64,000 nucleotides of DNA from Tubiluchus corallicola (taxonomy: Eukaryota > Animalia > Priapulida): contig JAQGDQ010000021.1 of NCBI GenBank assembly GCA_030141605.1, positions 434,001-498,000 of the forward strand, read 5' to 3'. Positions 49,201 to 61,200 of the stretch are shown one piece after another (position 1 is the stretch's first letter; the number at the start of each line of letters is the position of its first letter). The notes beneath the pieces were generated by a model, which searched no databases, was not told the origin of the DNA, and worked only from the letters and a program-made list of their open reading frames with translations. The translations under genes were made by a program, and so were the position numbers.

Positions 49201-52200
49201 TAACCAGTATATAAAGACATGTTATAATAACTATTTCAAATTCCAACATTAATATTTTATTAACATAAATGTAATATTTGGTCTGGTATTTATTGCCATT
49301 TGTAATGGTCATGAAAAGTTGTTCGCTATAATTAATTACAATTGCAGATTAAATGCTGAATATATTGATGCCGTTGTTCCAAAAACCTTGGTATTCGGGT
49401 GAGCAGAGACTAACAAATGAATTGACTATACCTTTATAAAATGATTGAGTTCTTATTTAATATGGTCTTATTTACTCTTGCTTTTCTAAGAATTTCTTTG
49501 AGGCTCTTTGCTATCTGCTATCCAAGGTTTTTGGGATTCATAAGGTGGTTTTGTTGCTATTGTTGTTGGCATAGGTATATTCAGGTTGGTGCGTTTGGTT
49601 TTCAGTGTTGCATGAGCATTTTATGAGGGTTTATGTTTGCATGTTCATTTTGTGTTCTAATATCTGCAGCATCTTTACTGGATGTGCTCTGTTTGTTTCA
49701 GTACATCAGCTATGTCACTGCTGTACGAGTGCATCAACACCGTGATTGCAGGTTAGTGATTCATCTATAACATGTCTTCAGTTTTTATCTGGTAACGTAA
49801 TTGGTACTTAAATTTAGCATTGTCGTGATGCATTCTTTTTTGTTTTGTATGATACAGTATTTAGCGTTTGTATGTAGGCCTACTAGTGAATTGCCCCATT
49901 TATAGCAGTCATTACGTGGACTGTCCGCGATCTGATTCAGTAGATGCAGGAATTTACAATTGATAGAGCTTTTGGTTTAAAAAAAACTTTGTTATTAATA
50001 AAATTTGTTTCGTATTTTGATGCTTTTCCGATGATATGACTGGCTTTTCCGATGATAATTTCTTGGTTTTGAGAAGGAGAAATCAGAAATTGTCAAAAGT
50101 CGATGGAGTACTCAAGTAAGCATGAAACCATCGTGCATGGAACAGCTTTTGTAAACAAAAAGATGTAGATTAGCAAAGCTAATTCCATTTAGATCTTATA
50201 TAACGCTTCAAGTGACTAGTAAAACTGCAAAGCAACGATAAAGCACGCACTGGGATTATTTTATGCAAATTATGTGCGCGTATCTATGTCAGCCAAGTTA
50301 TAAGTCATATGTATATGATCTTTTGAATCATCTGCAAGACAAAGCCTAAATTTTGAAGTTTTACAGCTGATAATTAATGTTAATTTGTTCCAGTATATTC
50401 ATATAGTCAAGTGCTGATACAATGTTTTCTGATTTTGCTTACAGTTCTTATTTCTGTATCTTCAGGAATGCCGAGCCACACTGCTAGCATACAGGTACTG
50501 TTCTTGTGTTTTCAACTTCACCGAATATATACGAGTAGCGGCAAGTCATTTGTTCTAATGTTTGCATGGGAATAGCGGTGCTCATGATGGTGGTGGTGGT
50601 ATTTGGGGTGGTGGCACTTTTGAATGGTGTTGCATATTTGATTTTGCCGGCAGTGCCTTCTTGGACATTGCTGCATAACCTTATGACTATGACCAGAATG
50701 TATTTCATTTTCTGCAGCACTGGTATTAAATAGAAAATGAATAGACTGTGTGCAACTGAAGTAGTGTCGTAGCCAGTATGACAGTATGAGCAAGTGTAGT
50801 TACTGTTGCTCACAGAGTATGGAGAAAAATGGATTAAATTCTTTAGGTGGTTAGAAACATTGTTGGATGGAAAATGACAGCATGTTTTAAGTATAAACAT
50901 ACAGCAGTCTTGATTATACGTAATCTGTTAATGTGACATACTAGCTAAAATACAAGGTGGTGCTCGGCTTAGTGGACTGACCGTTTATTGTTTTTCGTTC
51001 TGTGGTTTAGGTTTATCTGCATAAGATGCCTTTGCGTCTTTACAAGTTTGTGTAAGATTTGTGAAATGCTTGTGTATTATGGTATGATATGCATATAATA
51101 CTCATCAGTTAAACTACCCTAAGGCAAGCCTTAGAGTGGATTTATTAAGTACAGTATAATCTGCTTATAACGAACTTCGAAGAACAGTCAAAATTTGGTC
51201 GCCATAACTGAATCTCATAGCCCAGGTCCATTGTCTGAGTGTATGTGCTATATAGAAATGAAGCCTATAAAGCTGATATGATGTGAACGATGAAAAGAGC
51301 ACTTTTTTGAGACTGGCACAAATTTTTTAATGAGTGCCACTGTTCAGCAACTATTTTAACATAAAAGAGTAAACTTATAATGTTTAAACTCCATGATGTC
51401 TATTATTAAGGCATTGTATTGTGCAATACCTTCCTGCTTAAAACCGCCGCAGAGTTGCTTTGAAGTGTGACGTCTGCTGACAGTCAAGTGTATTTTGCGT
51501 AGGTGTTGTAATCATTTAAAGGCCCACACAAGACCCTGGATGTCTGCATGGGTGGAAAACACTGCTGGCTTTTATTTAAATATCTGTGCAGGCATGGTAT
51601 AATTATTGAGCATTTCAGCATAGACACACATCGCTTACTAACTAAATGTACACTCTGGCTAATCTACGTGCTATTTAATGCAAAATCACTCAGTATTTTT
51701 ATTAAACGTTGAACTTTGAAAATCACAGATGTATTTATTTTACAGAACATTTTATTTAAGAAAACTTGGTTATTGTACCTGCTTCACATTAAATTGCACC
51801 ACTTTATTCAAGGAGCTGTCAAGTTTACTCTCATCTGATAACTTCCTAACATGTTGACAAACTGCTTGTTTTTCTGTCTGAATCATTGTGCTTGCTTCAT
51901 TCTGATTGCAGTGTGTACAACGGCGCTTGTAGCTGTTGAGCTAACTCATTAGTACGTCTGCACGATTGTACCGTACTTGATATGCATAACATTATTTTAT
52001 AAATGCGATCAATAAATTAACACCATGTACAGTGCACCGTGATCTTTTTGCCCTTGGTGTATGTGCCCACTTACCATTGTTTTAGAAATTGCGCTCATTA
52101 TATGCAGGCAAATATAATCACAGGGCCGGAAAATTACCTCATAATAAGCAAGCTCACTAGAGCTCACCGTAAGCAAGGTTTAAATATATAAGATTTGGTG

Positions 52201-55200
52201 AGACTGTGAAATTTCCTCCATATATGTGGATTATACTATAGCTGGATTTGTCATCATACGGGGATTTTTTTGTCCGGAGAGTACTATAGTAACTGTTCCC
52301 GTTTTCCTAAGTTGTGTCTGAAGTCGGCATAAGTATGTTGGTATACATAATGGTGTTGTAAATGAATCCTGGAATTATCATTTCGTATTTTTACTTTTTA
52401 TTACTGCGTTTTTTCTAATTATAATTTGCATGAACAGAAAAATATTATGACTAGTTAACATGCAAATTTGCAAACTACTAATAATAACCAAGGTTGCATG
52501 ATGTTACTGACTTTGCGATATACCTTCCTCTTCGCCTGGTTCATAATATAATGCAATTTCCAATGCTACTGTATGAATACCTTGTAAGCCTAATTAAAGT
52601 CATCTTGCATATCAAAACTTATTGCTAAGTAATGTAATAGGACTGCTCTGTAAGTTATGTTTGACAAAAATTATACTAATAAAGCAGCGTAATAAAAAAT
52701 AGTAATTTTTTTCTGATTAATAAAGATCTGCACTGCCTCAAAACTGCCATTGCTCTGCATAATTCATGCCATATGTCATCTGACTTGTAATTGGCAGGAA
52801 GGTAGTAAGTATTTACCTATTTATTAAATTGCCTCTGTTGTGTGTACCTTGAAGCTTTTTTCTGTGGTCAACCAGTGAACACATGTGGCTGCCTTGATTT
52901 CTGAAGAGCACTTTTCCAAACTTTTTTCTTGAAAGTGAAATTGGTGGTTAGCAAACATGCAGAGTTGGCTTGTGTGACATAATTTAAACTGAAAAACAAA
53001 CGGTGTGATGTGGTAGTTACGTTACTGAGGATTTTGGAGGTAAAAAATGCTGAAGCAGACATGAATTAGAATCAAGTGATTGAAAGTTTTGTTTTTCAAA
53101 TGACTGCATACATCAGTAATTAAGTTAAGATTTTTCCTTGGACACAGTTCAACTGTTTGTCGCGGAACAAAATTTTTTTACTGTTTTATATATCATTTTG
53201 AACATCATATTACTAGAATTCATATTTTTCGTAATTACTTGTGGCATTCAAAATACATAATCATAATTTTGCACTTTTAACATTATATTACTTGCTGCCA
53301 CTGTGTTTTGTTCCTATATTTTTAATATTGCTGTTCACATTTACCTGTTACAGGTTGCTGTGTGTAGTACTTGAAATATCTACAGTTGTACACACCTCTG
53401 CCTTTCCAAATTTGTCACTATTTAGCAGATACTGTAGAAATGATTTTTTGCATAACCGTTGGTGTCGAATCATATATGTATAAAAATATCTTGGCAACTT
53501 ACCAATTGTTAAATCACAGTTGAGCATACATTGCAGGTGGCTCACTGTGTTGTGTTTTCTGTTTCAGTTATGTGTGCAAAAACTTCGAATACTTATTGAG
53601 GATTCCGATCAGAATTGTAAGTGCTAAACTTGTTTCATCCATTCTATCGAGGGAAATTAACTTTTCTTGTTTGTGTCTGTTTTTAGTAATAGATTTAGGA
53701 AAGGAATCGGTTCGCTAAATGAGCAATTTCTGGAATTTACACGCAATTTTTGAAACTGGTCCATTGAGGGTCACACTCGCAAAGCTAATTTGGTCTTAAT
53801 TGTAGATACCATTTTAAATTACTGGTAGAATAACATAAATATTATCTTTTCTGGGGTTTCTGGGATACACTTTACATTTTGTGGAGCAGAGTTTCTCTAA
53901 TATATCAGGTACTTAATCTCCCATTTCAATATAGCTGTTACAAACTTGCAAGATTCTGCATTATTGTCACTTTCTTATTCGTATTTATTTATCAGTACCT
54001 GATGAATGATTTTCTTGGTATTTTTTAAATCATAATTACATTGTTGAATAATATGCTTCAGATTATCTGGTTTGATATGAGAAAATGTAGCCTGGCCTGT
54101 AGTGGATCATTTTTGAATGCTAAAGTACTATAAATATGACTGTAAATCTGAGAACAATATGATGAATGTTTCTCCTGTATTTTTATGCTAACTGGATTTG
54201 TGTGACCTTATACATACGTTTTTGAACTTTGTGATGACTTGTAAAGTACGGACATAAATGCCAGTGCTACAACTGCTGATATGTCTAAAAACCATAAATT
54301 ATTTAAAGTCAATTAATCTCGGGTGTACCGGATACCGGTGGATACTGCTGGGATCTCTTTTGTAGACTGTATTGCTTTCTGTGCCTTTTAGTGAAGTACC
54401 TGGGTTTACTTGCTATGTCTAAGATTCTAAAAACACATCCCAAGTCCGTGCAAACACACAAGGATTTAATTCTGAGTTGCTTAGATGACAAGGATGAGAG
54501 CATCAGGCTTAGAGCTTTGGATCTACTCTATGGAATGGTAAGTTGCTTTTATGAATGTGTTTTGTTGTTTTTGCTGTATATCCTTGTTTTACTTCCTATT
54601 TAATTTAACTTAAAAGTGCTGAATGTCTGGGCCAAATGCACATTTCTGCGAGGTTAAGTGCTTTTCTGAATTTACTCTGTATGGATTTGTGCATTAAATT
54701 ACTTACAAATGCTTGTGAGGAGAAACAATTTATGTAAAATTGTATTGAATTAATATATAAAAATGAGCAGTTCTGATAATGTGTTATTTATAGCCTCAAA
54801 TTTTAATTTGTTACAGGATATGTTTAATAGTTTTTATTTTTGATTTGTTTTTGGGACAGGTGTCTAAGAAGAATTTAATGGAAATTGTTAAGAAGTTAAT
54901 GGTGCACATGGATCGTGCTGAAGGCACTACGTATCGAGATGAGTTACTATCAAAAATTATTGAAATTTGTCAACACAACAACTATCAACACATTACTAAT
55001 TTTGAATGGTGAGTATTATTTTCATAGAAGTAGAAGAATAAATCTTAATGTGGTTTGGGTTTGTGTAGTGTTTGGTTGGGCTGTTGCTTAGTTAGCTTAT
55101 TGCTTAGTTGCATTTATTTGCATTAAGATTTAATTTGGAATTGCATGCACATGTTTTGCTAATTATTGTCATAAAATACAACTGGGACTTAATAGCAAAC

Positions 55201-58200
55201 ATAATTATGAAAAGTTTGGCAGAGTTCTGCAGGTTATCTGTCATGCTGTCTTAACTTGTTGGATAAACTATGTTGAATAAGACAGAAATGCTTCATAACA
55301 TGAAATTGATTTCTTGCTTGGCTCAGTATCAAAACTAGAGTTTAATGATGCATAGAATCACTAATGTGCATACAAATTAAAGATACTGTGTTCGACAAAC
55401 GGGTGAAAAGATATTCTATTGTCGCTTAAGTTTCTCTGTTTCGATAATCGGTGGAATACCGCTAAAAGTGATTAAATTTTGCATCTTATATAATAAAGAT
55501 TAAATGTTAATGACTTTGGAAAAATGAAATAAGATGCAAAGCTGTGAACTGGGTTTCTTGAAAGTGAAATTGTAGGTATGCCAGACAGCATAAGCTCTGT
55601 TCTCTACTTGGATACTAAGAATTGTGAAATGTGAAGGAAGGTGTCGTCAAACAATGTAAACTTGTTATACTTGATAGCCCTAAATATATGTTGTTTATTA
55701 GTATTTGTAGTCGCAGTTTGAAAATTGATTTCAGATCGTTTTTAAATGGATAAGCAGTTAAATGAATTTTGCCAGAAAAAAACAATTTCCCGTCACTGGC
55801 TTTTGCCATTTTGTAGTAAGAGTATATTCTTGTTTTAGGTATGTGAGTGTGTTAGTGGAATTGACCCGTATCGAAGGTACACAACATGGGAAATTGATAG
55901 CCTCACAAATGCTTGATGTAGCCATTCGAGTGCAAGCTATCAGACATTTTGCTGTTTCTCAGATGGTAAGTGTCATTAGTACAAAAGGTCTCTTGATTCT
56001 GTTTTTGAAATGTTGTGTCAAAGTTAAATTCGAGTCTTTAGGCACACTGTGTTATTTTTCTAAAATGGTTGATGCTTTTAGATATGCTTTTTGTTTTTAT
56101 GCTAGATTTTCAAAAGCACCAATGATGAATAACGAAATATGTTCAATTTCATTTTATATTGTTTTATTTAGGCATTGTTACTGGAGAATGCACATCTTTT
56201 AGTAGGAAACTCTCAACGCAGTAGTATCTGTGAAGTCCTGTATGCAGCTGCTTGGACGTGTGGAGAATTTTCTGAGTAAATATTTTTACTTTATGTTTAT
56301 CAAAAAAAAAATGTCTTTCGCTTTTAACTCTTCAGTATTACCAAAATAAACCAAGAAAATGTTTGTATAGTTCTCGAAGTTTCTCCCAAGAACAGCCACA
56401 TGACAGTCATTAGTAATTTTTGCTTCAATTAGTTATATTACATGCTGTATGTGCTATATATGGTGCAGATATTTCACTAACACAAGTGCACAGTACATCT
56501 ATCAGACCGTCAATACCAACTCATTTCTTTCAGATTTATTGTCAATAGAATAGTCAAAGAGCTTTGAAGTTGTTAAAAGGCTGTTGTCGAAAATTGTGTA
56601 GCAAAGTTTTCTGATGGCTATAAAATAAAAGTTGTGTTTTTTCAGGTTTACAGTTCCACCTGTTATTAGAATACAGAAATTGCAGAAGGGAATAATTTTT
56701 TTAAGAAAATTGCAAAGAAATTATGATCAAGAATTTTAAAAGTTTTATGTTTAAGAATATAATTTGTAATGTAACTTATTGTGCTTAAATTGTCGATAAT
56801 TTGTTTTCAGGCATGTGTTAGACCCACCAGCAACCCTAAAGCATATGCTTCGGCCCAAGGTGACGAACCTTCCAGGTCACATTCAAGCTGTGTTCGTTCA
56901 AAACATTCTAAAACTTTACTCCACAATTCTAGTCAAGGCAGAAGTGGAAGGTGACAGGCAATTAATGAAAGATATAACTGAGATGTTATTAGAAAAGATG
57001 CCCGGTTTCTCACAAAGTTCTAATCTTGAAGTTCAAGAACGAGTAAGTTGATTTGTTGTGTGCAAACTTAGTAAAATGAGTCATATTTGCACTGCTCTTT
57101 TAAACTGTACTACATTTACTTTTTTTCTAATTAAGTGTTGTTCTCATGATCGACCTTACCAAGACAAAATCAAGATCAGCCTAAAGCTCATTATACTAAC
57201 TTTGTAATTTGGGAAAAAGAATGAGGCTAAGTTATTACCTAACTGCATGCTCAGTTTTCACGTTGGGGCAAGGTCTATAAAATTAGTTTTAAGACATTGA
57301 AACTTCTATGTTTATTTTAAGTCCTTTTTTATTCTATTGACATTTAAGTCAACTTTGTTTTAACTTGTAAATATTTATCCAAGAAATTTACCTGTGCCAT
57401 CTAAATTAATTGTATGTTTTTTGTAACTGTTATTGTAAAAAAAAATATGAAAAAAGTCAGTTGAACTAGGGACTTTGGGATGCAAAATTATCATCTCTTA
57501 AATTTATTTTGCTAGTTTTTTCCATAATTTTGTTTCAGAAATCTTATTAAATTCAGGTCTGTTTTCTCAAATGCCACTCTTGATGTCAAGATTATAATAA
57601 TCGAAGAAGATATTGAAAAACTGTATCAGGCTGTATCAGGTTTCTTCTGGAAAGCACTTATTAACTTTGATGATTTAACATCAAGTTTCTGTCATATTCT
57701 AGGCTTGTTCTGCCCTGCAGCTCTTGAAATACATTCTCAAGTTATTAGATAAGGAGGTAGCAGTTGCTGAAGAAGTGCAGGCGTTGTTTGCGGGAGAGTT
57801 AAACCCTGTTGCTGTAAAAGCTCAGAAAAAAGTACCAGTGCCTGCAGGGTAAGTATGTCTGCAAGACCACCTTGTGACCATATCATCCATTTTGCTTTAT
57901 AAAATTCTCTTGTAGGCATTGCAGTTCTTGTTCTGAACCTTCTTCCACCAAACATGTAAAGTAGCTTTTGTCTTTGAGTTCCGATTGACTGTAAAGTGAG
58001 TAAGTGACAGACTTTGAACTACTTTTGTGATTTTCAGTTTGGATTTAGATGCTTACATTAATGAACCACCATCGTCAAGCTCTGAGGAGGAAGAAGATCA
58101 TGGTGCAGGTATAAGCTAAGCTTTTTTATGTTATTCAGTAGTTTGTTTAGCAGACACTACATTGGTTTTCAGAAAAATATGTAAAAGTCTGAAAAGAAAT

Positions 58201-61200
58201 CAAAGATCAAAAATCAAGGTACTGTAAATGTTTGTAAGATGCTACTTATTTTTAGTATATCTGGTAAATTATTTATAAAATTTCCAAAAGTCAAACATTA
58301 TTTAAGTAGGGAAGTAATTCATTTAAAATTTGAAGCTATATACCTTGCAGTTACACTTCTCTTGTTCTTTTTTGCAGCAGAATTTTTGAGTAAGCCTAGT
58401 CACACAAAATTTTAAGTTGCTGGCATAAAGTTTTACCTGTAATTGTTTTTCTCAGGTGTATTTCTTAGTGAAGCAGACCGGAAAAAGATCGGAATAGACC
58501 TTCCGGAATATAAGAAGACATATGTTGAACCAACCGAGGAAGAACTGGAAAAGGTAGCATTTCTGCATCTAGTGTGCTGGTTTTTGTGTTGTATGTTGAT
58601 ACTGTTTTATCTTAGAGATTTGGCTGGATATCGAAGGCTTTTCTCAACCGCAAGTTTTTAAAAACAGACGTAAACATAGTCTTGCTCCTTTACATTCAAA
58701 CTGTAATTAACTTCTATGCCTCACCAACATTGATGTCTGATGTGGAGGACTGGTAATCTATTTAACAATTTTTGCCTGTTTCTCAACAGTGTACACACCA
58801 TATTTTATTTTGACATATTGTAGATGAGACAGACTAGAAAGTTGGAGCAGTTAGAAAACCCACACTACCTCAAAGGAGAAATGAAGCCTAGGCCATACCA
58901 TGAGCAAACGAATGATATCGGTGTGAACAATATACCCGTGTCAAAAATAGATTTGTCTGTTCCGCTTAGAATTGCAGGTAAGTTTTGGTTCCCTATAACA
59001 ATTTTTTTAATTCTACTGTAAAATTTTAAAATTCATATATTCATGCATTATAGTCTTAGGTCAAAAAGTGCCCTAGGTAAATAACTTCTGCTTATGCTTG
59101 TTTAGGCAGGCTAGTTTTTTTGCTGGAGTTACTTTTGTTCCCAAAATTGATCAGGACTCATAAATTTAAATGCCACACATGTGCAGAGAAAGATTGCTAG
59201 ATTCACCCAAATAGCGAGGTAACAGTGGGTGCCGTTTTGTAATAAATATTCTATGATCTGTAGTTAGGCAAACTATGAGCACCATGTTCTAGTACAAGGC
59301 TGCATTCGATTGTTAAATGAAACAGCCATTGAGTGACACACTTGCAAACCATTGATTGTTGTTGCAGGCCAGGAATCTCTCTGCATAGATCTCTCACTGA
59401 AATGTAGGTCGAAGTCCAAAATGTTGTGTTTTCTATGATGATAAACTCTTGTCTCATACCCTTATAAGAGCAGATGGCATTGTAGTGAAAAGCTAGTAAT
59501 TATGAGTGTTGAATGATGTCATATCTTTTTTTATCGTTTTCATGCACAGGTGTTCCTTCTTCTGATAAGTACTTAAAGCAGTCAAAGCAGCCATCGAAGA
59601 AAAAGAAGCGGCATAAACACGGTAAGAAGAGTAAGAAACACAAGGATGAATCAGATGAAACGAGTGAAGAAGATATACCTGTTCTTCACCAAGTAACATT
59701 GGAGGCTGAGGAAATGCCTGAGGTAAGATGCAGGACTTAATAAACTTGGTGACATTTTTCAGTCTTTTTTACGCTTGTCGTTTCAGAAATTTTAGGTCAT
59801 GTTCTGTGTTCCAGTTTGGTGGTAATGATACAGTTTGCATGTCTGTAAGATGAGTTCACTCGATAAATTTTGCAAAGCTTTCCATTGGAGTGTTTACAAC
59901 TGTAGGCATTACTAATATTCTAATGTTGTGTGCTTGTTGCTTTTGTTTTCAGTGTGTGGCTACTTGGAGCAATATTACAAACAACAGCTGCTAATGTAGG
60001 CTTATTACACACAGTCTGCTTGTCAGCTGGTTTTGTAGAGAAAATAAACCAATTTGCATTTGCCTATGTAAGCTTTCTCTGACATTTGTAAATGTTTTTT
60101 TTTTTGGCATAGTCTATTTTGACCTATTTTTGATCGCTTTGTACTTGGTTTTTTGCCTGCCTGTGAATGAGAGTTCATGCTTCATAATAAATTAAAGTGA
60201 AGTGTCAATTTCAGTTTTTTACTAGAGACTTACTTCATTTTCCTGTTTTCCAGGGTGCAAAATCTACAGATGAAGAGGTCCAAAATAATGAGAATGATCC
60301 CCATCGAGCTTTAGATATCAATTTAGACACGTAAGTATATTTTTAATGCAGTAGAATGATGAGTTCTGGAAACTCCCAGAAGCAATAATATAAGTGTGAC
60401 TTTATTGAACATTTATTAGGCACTGTACATTTACTGCAAAATGTGTGCTTTAGCATGTAAATAAGTTCTTCAAACAATTTTTTTTTTATTAAAGTCTTGC
60501 ATTAAATGGGTTAGGTTTTTTTGATAAAAATTTAATTGTGGTTAAACTGCTGCAGATTGTTGTTTAGTAATTATCTTCAGGCATCACCCCTTCTGTGAAC
60601 TTCACTTTTTTTCAAAAAGAATTAAGATGTAATGGAATTATAGAGTATTTCAGACTGTAGGAATATAACTTGGAATATTTCTATGAGGAAACTTTTTAGT
60701 GATTTCCAAACACAGTGCACAGTTACTTCCCCATATAAGTACTACATTTAGCCCCACAGTATGAATAATGACTAGATATATAAATTTTTACAGTGAGTGT
60801 ATGAATAGTGATAATTTATTAATTACGTTTTTTACACAACAAAAGAAAATTTCTGCAGTATCTTAGGTAATATTAAATTTATTTTTATAATGAACTGTGA
60901 ATGTTGAATCAGTGGTGAGAATTTAGCAAATGTATCTTTACTCATTGATATTTTAACAAATTTGCAAGCAAAAGAGATTTTTCTATTTTATGTGAACATC
61001 AGCTGTGTGATATTTTACGCTACATTACAACAACCTGAAATTGTCAGACAAGATGATTTTTATGCTGTAAATCTGCAACATAATTTATTCGCTCTGTATA
61101 AATATTTTATCTAACAAATCTGCCTAAGTCACTGTGTTGTTGTAATGTAAAATGTTATAGCATTGGGTTGATCGTACTGGTATTGATTTTCTTTAGGCCT

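Noticed and set aside
50484-50900. Minus-strand ORFs with Thr-rich and poly-His stretches
   Set aside because: They are explained by the GGT/GTG-rich island on +, which is reported as a finding. There is no independent support for antisense genes.
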